Below, one piece after another: positions 7,015-14,991 of a stretch of 20,306 nt of DNA. Both the position numbers and the translations under genes were made by a program. This DNA is from Candidatus Heimdallarchaeota archaeon. Its GTDB lineage: Archaea; Asgardarchaeota; Heimdallarchaeia; Heimdallarchaeales; Kariarchaeaceae. Each line of letters starts with the position of its first letter. The first letter of the stretch is position 1. The stretch spans positions 1 through 20,306 of the forward strand of contig WAKA01000025.1 in assembly GCA_015523565.1 (NCBI GenBank), in the 5' to 3' direction. The notes under the pieces were generated by a model. The model was not told where the DNA came from and searched no databases. It saw nothing but the letters and a program-made list of their open reading frames with translations.

Positions 7015-9966
7015 CTAGAATTGGGCATTTTGCTTTCTGACAATAAATTTATACAATTCAAGGACACCTACAGGGAATAAGCCAAAGATTATTGACAAGA
7101 TGAGATCAAGCGGACCCAAAAAAACAAGATCAAAGTTTATGCCCAAATAATTTACCAAAAAGAACTGAATCGGATAAATATACATCAATCCAAAATGAAC
7201 CACCAGTGGTAGGAGAACCATGCTCCAGATAAACAGATTTGCGTCCTTGGATCCAGAAATAATGTCTTTGTTCACTCGTCGGATGCTAAGGGTAAGCATT
7301 GTTTCTGCAATAAAAATCACTGTCAAAAGCATTGTTCTTGCCTTGGCTTGTTCAAGACTCCTAGGTTGCTTATACCCACCTACATCAGAAAGGACAGGTA
7401 CATACCCCCAATTGTTGAATGAAGACAAGCCAAAAATCCCCAAAAATTGTTCGTCATGCCCAAAATAGATGAAAAGAACGGAGCCCGCAAGAGCAAGCCC
7501 AAATAAAAACAACCCAACAATTAATTTTTTGGACAAGAGTTCACTGTGTTCCCTTGGTTTGAGTTTCATGATATCCCTGTCTTTGTTTCCGAAAATAATA
7601 GCCAAAGGCGGGAATGCATGGGCGACTGTAAAAATATATGTCCGCTGAAAATTGTTGAGCAACTGCAGAAAGTCACCATTGACCAAGAGAAATTGGGTAG
7701 AAAAGTACATTATTGCTTCGCCAAAATTTACCGCTATATAGAAGAAAATCATCATTCGTATCTTTTCGTAAAGGTTTCTGCCTTCTTCAACACCTGTAAC
7801 TAAACTCACATAGGAATCATCTGCCAAAATAATATCGGCAGCATCCTTCGTCACTTCTGTCCCCGTTATGCCCATAGCAACACCTGCATCAGCAAGGGTT
7901 ATTGCCAATGCATCATTTACACCATCTCCTGTCATTGCAACGACCCGTCCCTTGTCTTGATACCGTTGGACAATGATCTTTTTGTCTTGAGGAGATACAC
8001 GGGCAAAAACAGAGACTTTGAAGAAATCGTCTTCTGAAAGGGATGAAATATCCTTACCTTCAACCACTTTTTCATCTGGATCCAAAATGCCAACTTGACG
8101 GGCAATGGTACCTGCTGTTTCAGGGGCATCACCCGTGATCATGACTGGAAAAATCCCTGCCGCATCTAGTTTGGCAACTGCCTCTTCAACACCCTGCCGA
8201 GGAGGATCCAAAATGCAAGCAAAACCAAGATAAACCAGTTCAGATTCTGCGAGCTTTCTTTCTTCCGCCTCTGAAAGGTTGGATGGAAATTCCTCATTAA
8301 GCACTTTATATGCAAATGAAATCACACGGAACCCCAAGGATGCAAATCGATTGGCACGTTCCATTATTTCCTCAGCTTTCTTTGTTGTTAATTCGTGAAC
8401 CTCAAGATTTTCGGAATAATATTTGCAAAGCGGTAGAATGAAATCAGTTGCCCCTTTTGTAAAAATGAGATGCCTATTGGATTGTGAATCAAAAAAGAGA
8501 CCAGACATTCGTTTGACTGAAGAATCAAATGGGTATGTTTTTACCCGTTCAAACCTCAATGACATTTCCTTTGGGTCTATGCCTGACTTCAGAAGAAGAC
8601 GCAACATTGCCCCGTCTGTTGGATTTCCAATAACATTGTAACCAAGATGGGCTTTTTCTGTCAATTCCTCTTGAACCAATGTAGCATCATTGTTCCTTGA
8701 TGCATTGGCAAGAATAAGATAAAGCTGTGAATCACGGTCTATATCCTTTAACCCATCCTCTTCAGGATCAACAAGTGTAGAAGAGTAAAGACTTTCCCCA
8801 TCTTCCATCGGAAATATTGCAAAGACACCATCATCTTTCTTGACGCCATAGTATCGAGAAACATCCCAAAGACGGACAACAGTCATTTTTGAAGTGGTGA
8901 TTGTGCCTGTCTTATCAGAACAAAGTACAGAAATCCTACCAAGAGTTTCTACGACAGAAAGTTTCTTTACAATTACATTGATTGTAGCCATTTGCAAAAC
9001 TCCCGTAATCAGGACGACCGTTGTAAGCAATGGAATATTGATAGGCATGACAGCCATGGCATTGACTATACTATCAGTGAGATCCTTTGCAAAGAGAAAG
9101 AATGTGAGATTGACATTTGATTTAAGTCTCAAATAGAGCCGAACAAGAATTGCAATAATCAAAAAGAAAACCATAAGTGTGCCCAATCCCTTGCCCAAAC
9201 GGTTTATTTTCGTCCGTAAGGGAATTTCAACAGTTTGAAGCTCATTCATTGTAGATGCAATTGCACCCAATTCTGTCCTGTTACCAGTAGCAACCACTAC
9301 TGCCCTAGCAGAACCTGTTTGGACAAATGTGCCCAAATAAACCATATTACGGCGTGCGTCTATTGGTGTTTCAGGGGGAAGAGGGGAAGCCAATCCCTCT
9401 GTAGAGAATTTTTGGACAGGATGACTCTCTCCAGTCAGGGATGCCTCATTCACTGAAAAATTGCTTGCGGATATCAATCGTGCATCTGCTGGGATTTTAT
9501 CCCCAATAGACAACTCTAAGATATCCCCAACAACAAGTGTTTCTGCAAGCACTTCAGTCTTAATCCCATCACGCAAAACTCGTGCCGTGGGAGGGCTTAA
9601 GTTTTTCAATGATTCTATTTTTCTTTGGGCACGATATTGCTGGAAGATTGCAAGCAACATATTCAATGCAATGACCACAAGCCAAAAGGTAACTTGTCCT
9701 CTCACCTCAGGGACAATGAATGATAGAGTAAGCATGATAGCAGCCATTATGAGGTAAATTGTAATTAATGTGTCAAACAAGGGAGCCAAGTAAACAGTCC
9801 AAATTCCAGGTTTTTTAACTTCAATTACGTTTTTCCCCATCTGGGAAAGCCTGTCTTTGACTGTTTCGGATGATAAACCTGTTTTCGGGTCTACATCACA
9901 AAGCTTGAATGTTTCTTTAAGATTAAGTGCATGCGGCGATACGATAACAATTTGTCTTGTGTCCAC
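7015..9966 (-). CDS. P-type ATPase with P2A/SERCA-like architecture and a non-canonical membrane binding site
   Basis: TGES, DKTGTIT, KGATD, DPPR, TGD and TGDGVNDA are all present, with about 10 TM segments. TM4 reads PINIP instead of PEGLP. The likely start is GTG 9966 (ORF track: 10005). Confidence 0.95.
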   Translation of the reverse strand: MDTRQIVIVSPHALNLKETFKLCDVDPKTGLSSETVKDRLSQMGKNVIEVKKPGIWTVYLAPLFDTLITIYLIMAAIMLTLSFIVPEVRGQVTFWLVVIALNMLLAIFQQYRAQRKIESLKNLSPPTARVLRDGIKTEVLAETLVVGDILELSIGDKIPADARLISASNFSVNEASLTGESHPVQKFSTEGLASPLPPETPIDARRNMVYLGTFVQTGSARAVVVATGNRTELGAIASTMNELQTVEIPLRTKINRLGKGLGTLMVFFLIIAILVRLYLRLKSNVNLTFFLFAKDLTDSIVNAMAVMPINIPLLTTVVLITGVLQMATINVIVKKLSVVETLGRISVLCSDKTGTITTSKMTVVRLWDVSRYYGVKKDDGVFAIFPMEDGESLYSSTLVDPEEDGLKDIDRDSQLYLILANASRNNDATLVQEELTEKAHLGYNVIGNPTDGAMLRLLLKSGIDPKEMSLRFERVKTYPFDSSVKRMSGLFFDSQSNRHLIFTKGATDFILPLCKYYSENLEVHELTTKKAEEIMERANRFASLGFRVISFAYKVLNEEFPSNLSEAEERKLAESELVYLGFACILDPPRQGVEEAVAKLDAAGIFPVMITGDAPETAGTIARQVGILDPDEKVVEGKDISSLSEDDFFKVSVFARVSPQDKKIIVQRYQDKGRVVAMTGDGVNDALAITLADAGVAMGITGTEVTKDAADIILADDSYVSLVTGVEEGRNLYEKIRMMIFFYIAVNFGEAIMYFSTQFLLVNGDFLQLLNNFQRTYIFTVAHAFPPLAIIFGNKDRDIMKLKPREHSELLSKKLIVGLFLFGLALAGSVLFIYFGHDEQFLGIFGLSSFNNWGYVPVLSDVGGYKQPRSLEQAKARTMLLTVIFIAETMLTLSIRRVNKDIISGSKDANLFIWSMVLLPLVVHFGLMYIYPIQFFLVNYLGINFDLVFLGPLDLILSIIFGLFPVGVLELYKFIVRKQNAQF

Positions 9967-10038
9967 AAGATGTAAATTAAAATATAGCTTTAGTAATTTT
10001 CCCAATATTGAGATTTATTATGTTAAATTTGAATTATT

Positions 10039-11061
10039 TTATTTTCTTTTACGAACAATGGCAACAACTGCAAAGAGTCCTGCAAGAGGTGCAAGAATGT
10101 TGATTGGGGAGGTTTTCCCTTCTGCGGGCTCAGAGGTTGCTTCTTCTTCAAAGAGGAAGGAGATCAAAGCATCAACCATAATAGAACCATAATGGAAAGT
10201 ACCAGCCTTTTCCAAGACATTGCCATACATGTTCTTGTAGTCTGCAAAGTTTACTTCACCAGACACAATAACAGAGCTTGTATTCATTGATTCAACAACA
10301 AGCATTGGCAAATTGCCTGTTGCGTTGATGCTTGCATAATAGTCAAAAGCAGTTGCACTAAGATCTTGGTCAATACCTTTTGCCTTGTCAGAACTGGAGA
10401 TAACAACTTCAACGTTATCAACATTTGCATTGCGCAAGTCTGCTGGAGCACCGTCCTTCATGTAGAAAACGGCGGTAGGACCGTGGAATGGCATCCTGAA
10501 TGGGGCAACTGTGTCATTGACATATTCCTTGAGTTCTGTGGCAATAGGACCACTGCCCAATGTATTGGCAACAACCCTGTAATCAGCCCCGTCATTGCTT
10601 GTGTCATCACTGACAGCACCTGCATCAAGCCTTAAAACAGAGCCGACGGTTTCAAGAACAGGGTTAAGAAGGCTTGCATTAAAGTAGCTGCCATAATCAC
10701 TATCACCTGCAACCCACAAGAGTTTGTCACCCTTTTCAAACCATGTCTTGATGAAGCTCAGGTCATCAGATGAAGTGAATTGATTCCCTGGCAAGAGCAA
10801 TACATCAACATCATCAGTCAATTTTGCCTTGAGTTGATCAATGGTCTCAACATCAGTCCCATTGATAACAGTATTGCCTGCATTTGTATAATTGGTGTAG
10901 AAACCATTAAAGTCACTGTGAGATGGATCATTGCCACCGTAGATCAAAAATGTCTTGCCAGTGACCAATGATAGCTCGTGACCAACAACAGGAGTATTGA
11001 ATGCTGAAAATGCCATGATTGCAACCATAAGCATTGCAGCAGTGAATAGTTTTCCTTTCAT
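10039..11061 (-). CDS. Secreted, C-terminally anchored cell-surface glycoprotein with a GATase-like (GIFT/DUF4350-like) domain
   Basis: Signal peptide MKGKLFTAAMLMVAIMAFSAF. Core DVDVLLLP...LSFIKTWFEKGDKLLWVAGDSDY...LNPVLE. Six N-x-S/T sequons. C-terminal KTSPINILAPLAGLFAVVAIVRKRK. GGAGAG SD upstream. Confidence 0.8.
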   Translation of the reverse strand: MKGKLFTAAMLMVAIMAFSAFNTPVVGHELSLVTGKTFLIYGGNDPSHSDFNGFYTNYTNAGNTVINGTDVETIDQLKAKLTDDVDVLLLPGNQFTSSDDLSFIKTWFEKGDKLLWVAGDSDYGSYFNASLLNPVLETVGSVLRLDAGAVSDDTSNDGADYRVVANTLGSGPIATELKEYVNDTVAPFRMPFHGPTAVFYMKDGAPADLRNANVDNVEVVISSSDKAKGIDQDLSATAFDYYASINATGNLPMLVVESMNTSSVIVSGEVNFADYKNMYGNVLEKAGTFHYGSIMVDALISFLFEEEATSEPAEGKTSPINILAPLAGLFAVVAIVRKRK

Positions 11062-11231
11062 ATTCTATTTTCTCTCCTAGCAGTATTGAACTGCCTGTGT
11101 TAAAAAATATAAGTCGGTACTTAAATTAATCGGAGGCGATCGCGTAAACTATATATAAAGGACCAAAATTTTTTGCCATTTGGAAGAAAAAGAGACAAGG
11201 GTTTTATTATTGACAAAAAAGACGGACAATT

Positions 11232-12035
11232 ATGCAATGTCCAAATTGTGGAATGGACAACACAAAAAGTGCCAGATTTTGCAGAAATTGCCGTTATGCC
11301 TTCCAGAAAAGCAGTGATATGCAATTGCAAACATTTGTAAAGCAACATAGGGGATGGGAAAAAGGCGGGATTTTAAGGGCAGTTACACTTTTTGTTAGAT
11401 CACCAAGCAAAACAGCCACACTTTTTGAAGATCCAAGGGCACCAAAAGGATATATTCTTTTTGTGATTGGAATGTTTACAGCCGCATTGGCGGTAACGCT
11501 GATGAACTCAAAGACCATAATAATAAATAGTTTTGATGGGTCAGTTAAGAGACAATCAAATGTGGTTTTTGATTTTGCAGGAGAAATTGTCAAATGGCTT
11601 TTTGGATCAGTTATAATTGCAACCATAATATCCAAAAATCTTCCACAAGACTCGGCATTGCGAAACAGAAACCCAATAATTTTGGCAATTAGTGTGAATG
11701 GATTTAGATGTGTAATTGACTTAATCTATTATTTCATAGTCCTCATATGGTTGCCCTTTGAGGCAGATACAATTGTAGAGGTAAAAGAAGAAAGTGGTGC
11801 AGACATTTTTTCACTGGCACAGCCGCAATTCACAATTCTGCAGGCTCCATCCATAATTTATCAGGCAGTCACACAAGCGGTATTGATTATGACATTTGTT
11901 TATTCATACTATTTACTTTATCAAGTACTGTCAAAAGCCATGAGGTTAGAAGGGATCACATACAAGTTATTGATATTCATTTATGTGGTACCTAACGTTA
12001 TAAGTAAAATAATTCTGTTTGTAAACTTATTTTAA
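11232..12035 (+). CDS. Zinc-ribbon + Yip1-like multi-pass membrane protein
   Basis: N-terminal CPNCG...FCRNC zinc ribbon, then LFVRSPSKTATLF (resembling the Yip1 'l..P...f' lead-in) and about 5 hydrophobic segments. Confidence 0.7.
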   Translation: MQCPNCGMDNTKSARFCRNCRYAFQKSSDMQLQTFVKQHRGWEKGGILRAVTLFVRSPSKTATLFEDPRAPKGYILFVIGMFTAALAVTLMNSKTIIINSFDGSVKRQSNVVFDFAGEIVKWLFGSVIIATIISKNLPQDSALRNRNPIILAISVNGFRCVIDLIYYFIVLIWLPFEADTIVEVKEESGADIFSLAQPQFTILQAPSIIYQAVTQAVLIMTFVYSYYLLYQVLSKAMRLEGITYKLLIFIYVVPNVISKIILFVNLF

Positions 12036-12737
12036 TCGGTCAATCAATTTGAGCAATCCTTCTTTTCCACGGTACCAATGATCGTTATACTTGATTCTGA
12101 AATATGAATCGATCTTGATTTCCTTAAGCTTTGCAAGTGCCCCATTGTCTCCAAAGACAGATAAGGCAAATAATGCGACAATTTGAATCTCATCATGCCG
12201 AGCATTGTCAAGAATTTCTCGGATGGCTGGTTCAGCACCATGATACTTCCAAATTGCCAACGCTTCAAGCAAATTGCGTTGAGCAAGCGAATATGTTTCA
12301 GTCTGTAACGCTTCCAAGAATAAAGGCGCCATTTCAGAGGCACCTTTCATGAAAAGTTCCCGGATTGCCAAAGAACGAATTTTTTCATCTGAGCTTTTGA
12401 TCAGTTCCTTCAGGAAGGGCAGAGTCACCTCATCATCTAGTGTTACAAGCATTGAAAGGGCATTCAGTCGGACATATGAATCAAAATGAGTCTCAACAGC
12501 TCTTTTTAATTCAGGGACTGCATCATTCTTCATAATTTCTGCATAACTGGTGATGGCAGCCTGCCGAACACCACTTTGAGAATCCTCCCAAGCAACTTTC
12601 AATAGAATTGGTGCAACTTCAGGAGTCCCGACCTCACCTAACTCAGCAGCGGCCTTCACTCGGTCTGTAGCATCAACCGATGTCTCTAGACGTGCCAAGA
12701 TTGAATCAAATGACATAACCTTCGGTTGATTTCGCAT
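12027..12737 (-). CDS. HEAT-repeat (PBS-lyase-like) protein
   Basis: Repeats DRVKAAAELGEVG, GVRQAAITSY, YVRLNALSML, KIRSLAIREL and AQRNLLEALA. The true start is ATG 12737 or 12716; the track extension to 12872 overlaps the divergent gene. Confidence 0.88.
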   Translation of the reverse strand: MRNQPKVMSFDSILARLETSVDATDRVKAAAELGEVGTPEVAPILLKVAWEDSQSGVRQAAITSYAEIMKNDAVPELKRAVETHFDSYVRLNALSMLVTLDDEVTLPFLKELIKSSDEKIRSLAIRELFMKGASEMAPLFLEALQTETYSLAQRNLLEALAIWKYHGAEPAIREILDNARHDEIQIVALFALSVFGDNGALAKLKEIKIDSYFRIKYNDHWYRGKEGLLKLIDRLK

Positions 12738-12814
12738 TAGAAATAGTAATAGATGGAGGCATAGAAAAGAGACTTTCGGAACAGAAATATAAGACAAAAT
12801 TTCAATAGACACTA

Positions 12815-13492
12815 GTGACTCGTGCAAAAAAAATAGAAGCAAAAGAAATAGAGGTATCAACGGATCCACCAATCAATGGGCAACTTTTTGAGACAGACGG
12901 CAATTGGGGTATCATTCTCACGCATGGAGAAAAATCAGACATAACTGATGAAATCTTTCAGGAACTTGCAAAAGATTTGGTCAAAAAAAACATTACAGTA
13001 TTATATTTTCGAATGCCTTTCCGAATAAACAAAAAGAGGATACCAGATAGACCCAACATACAGGAAGATGCATTTCTGAAGGTTTGGGAATGGGTGCATC
13101 AGCAACAAACATTAAATAACAAGAGATGGGCCATTGGAGGTCATGACATTGGAGCAAAAGCCGCAATACGGGCATCCATGCAAATATCAATGTTTGGGGA
13201 AATCCCACCGATAATTGCTTTAAGTTTTCCTTTGTATCCGCCAAATCGACCAGAAAAACTCAGGGTTGATGAACTCAGTGCGATCATGGGACCCATTTTG
13301 TTTTGTCAAGGAAATAAGGGGAACCAAGGCACATATGATAGATTAACTAATCAACTTGCAATGATGGCTAATTTTGCAGAAGCAAAACTTATCAAAGATG
13401 CAGACCATAATTTCAATGTTCTCGGCAAGCCACCGAAAATTGTGTCCAAATGGCTTGCAAATGACATTAGCTCATTTCTGTCTAAGGTTTGA
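12815..13492 (+). CDS. Alpha/beta-hydrolase, KANL3/Tex30-like family, with Asp at the nucleophile elbow
   Basis: IILTHG, FRMPFRINKKRIPDR, AIGGHDIGAKAA, LSFPLYPP, ILFCQG and DADHNF match the layout of this family, whose canonical elbow is GGxSxGG. Confidence 0.8.
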   Translation: MTRAKKIEAKEIEVSTDPPINGQLFETDGNWGIILTHGEKSDITDEIFQELAKDLVKKNITVLYFRMPFRINKKRIPDRPNIQEDAFLKVWEWVHQQQTLNNKRWAIGGHDIGAKAAIRASMQISMFGEIPPIIALSFPLYPPNRPEKLRVDELSAIMGPILFCQGNKGNQGTYDRLTNQLAMMANFAEAKLIKDADHNFNVLGKPPKIVSKWLANDISSFLSKV

Positions 13493-13535
13493 AACATTCC
13501 CAATGTTCAAATAGATAGATTCCTATTTTTTATAG

Positions 13536-13691
13536 ATGTTTGCTAACTTGTGTGCCAATTGCCGTACCAGACCTGGAAAAATAAGATGCAAGGTCTGTGG
13601 AAGATCTTATTGTGAATTCTGTGCCAATTTTATGAATGGCATTTGCCAAAATTGTATGAGGCTTTCAAAAGACCCGTTACAATTTAAATAG
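13536..13691 (+). CDS. Small 8-Cys zinc-finger protein (51 aa), absent from the ORF track
   Basis: ATG 13536 to TAG 13691 translates as MFANLCANCRTRPGKIRCKVCGRSYCEFCANFMNGICQNCMRLSKDPLQFK. It has four CxxC pairs and fills the gap between two same-strand genes. Confidence 0.88.
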   Translation: MFANLCANCRTRPGKIRCKVCGRSYCEFCANFMNGICQNCMRLSKDPLQFK

Positions 13692-13734
13692 TACATCACT
13701 AGAGTTAATATAATCATAATCCCACAAAAATATC

Positions 13735-14430
13735 GTGGCTACACTTCTTGCTGTTTTTGCCCATCCAGATGATGAATTGAATTGCGCAGGTACATTGATC
13801 AATCATTCAGAAAAAGGAGACAACGTCCATTTGCTTTTTTTGACTAAAGGGGAAAATTCGTCCTTTTTGGATGGAAATCCAGAAGAACGTGCAAACAAAA
13901 GAAAGGAACATACCAAGAAAATTGAGGAACTGCTTGGGGTTACTGTGCACTTTTTGGATTTTCCGGATTCCCATGTCGCGGTTACAGTTGAAAATGCCTA
14001 TGAATTGGCAGAAAAGATAAAGGAAATTAGACCCAACGGAATTATCACATGGAATCTCCCAAACAGACCAGGTGCCGCACATCCCGATCATAGGGCCTGT
14101 TCTCGATTGGTTTTTGACTCCATCCATTATGCAAGGTATCGGAATCAAAATTCACCATATGAACCATGGAGAGAACCCGTTTCACTTTATCAATATTATG
14201 ACCCACAAGTGGATCAAGGATGTCAAGTGTATTATGTTGATGTAACAGACCATGTCAAGCAGATTTATAAATTTATTGAGATTTACCAAGAAGCCTATGG
14301 GGATTGGCCAATCAAAAAATTCAAGGAAACATTGATGAGATCATTTGGAAGGGAGGCAAATGTCGAATATGCGGAAGCCTTCAAAATCGTGGTCAATACC
14401 GCAAAAGCACCCAAAACATTGCCATTATAA
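13735..14430 (+). CDS. PIG-L / LmbE / BshB family de-N-acetylase
   Basis: AHPDDE, TKGE, HPDH and C-terminal YAEAF motifs; GTG start. Confidence 0.93.
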   Translation: MATLLAVFAHPDDELNCAGTLINHSEKGDNVHLLFLTKGENSSFLDGNPEERANKRKEHTKKIEELLGVTVHFLDFPDSHVAVTVENAYELAEKIKEIRPNGIITWNLPNRPGAAHPDHRACSRLVFDSIHYARYRNQNSPYEPWREPVSLYQYYDPQVDQGCQVYYVDVTDHVKQIYKFIEIYQEAYGDWPIKKFKETLMRSFGREANVEYAEAFKIVVNTAKAPKTLPL

Positions 14431-14485
14431 GCGAAATGTAGACGAAAAGGCATAATAAGGGGATAAAACCTAGAAATCAAAGGGA

Positions 14486-14965
14486 TTGCTTAAAAACAAT
14501 GAAACGATAAATATAATTGTGGAAATGAAAGGAGAAGCTGTAAAAATTTCAGAGATAAAAGGTGAAAACCATGCCACCATTTTTAACAAACTTCTTGGAA
14601 CCAATGGCATTTTCCTTTCATTTTTTCCTCATTTAGATACACCAGTATCAAGATTCCAATTACAGAACATTCGAGAGACCTATAGCAAAATAAGGGATAA
14701 GGGATACGACGTCATAGTTGTGACATTGAAGGAAACACCCGACATCATCAAAAACCAGAAAATGCCATTTACAATAATAAATGACTTGTCAGGAACTTTA
14801 GCGGAAACGTTTAATGTACTAAGAAAAGGTCTTTCTGGAATAACTTGCTTAAGAAGAACATTTTTCATCTTGCCAAATTGCAAAGTATTTACAGTCATTA
14901 ATGATATTGAAGCCATATTGGAAAACGTTGAAAAATATGCAATTGACGAGCAACAGGAAGTTTAA
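14486..14965 (+). CDS. BCP/PrxQ-like peroxiredoxin-fold protein lacking the peroxidatic Cys
   Basis: FFPHLDTPVSRFQ corresponds to FYPxxxTPxC. Also MPFTIINDLSGTLAETFNV and RRTFFILP. The start is uncertain (TTG 14486, GTG 14519 or ATG 14525). Confidence 0.8.
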   Translation: MLKNNETINIIVEMKGEAVKISEIKGENHATIFNKLLGTNGIFLSFFPHLDTPVSRFQLQNIRETYSKIRDKGYDVIVVTLKETPDIIKNQKMPFTIINDLSGTLAETFNVLRKGLSGITCLRRTFFILPNCKVFTVINDIEAILENVEKYAIDEQQEV

Positions 14966-14991
14966 GGGGCAAAATATTCTTCAAAACCAGA

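Noticed and set aside
5092-10971. Many 60-140 aa ORFs inside or opposite fttA, the P-type ATPase and the surface protein
   Set aside because: They overlap well-supported genes almost entirely and have no recognisable motifs.
11080-11094. GCAGT-attga-ACTGC hairpin next to the SD of the surface-protein gene
   Set aside because: A stem of only 5-6 bp cannot be distinguished from chance.
12738-12872. Hydrophobic N-terminal extension of the HEAT protein
   Set aside because: It overlaps the divergent hydrolase gene and the shared promoter region; the repeats begin after ATG 12737/12716.
13551-13655. Repeated TGTGCCAATT / TGCCAAAATTGT as a DNA repeat or operator
   Set aside because: It is explained by repeated Cys-x-Asn codons of the 51-aa zinc-finger ORF.
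14648-14650. Selenocysteine recoding at the BCP active site
   Set aside because: The codon is TCA (Ser), not TGA.
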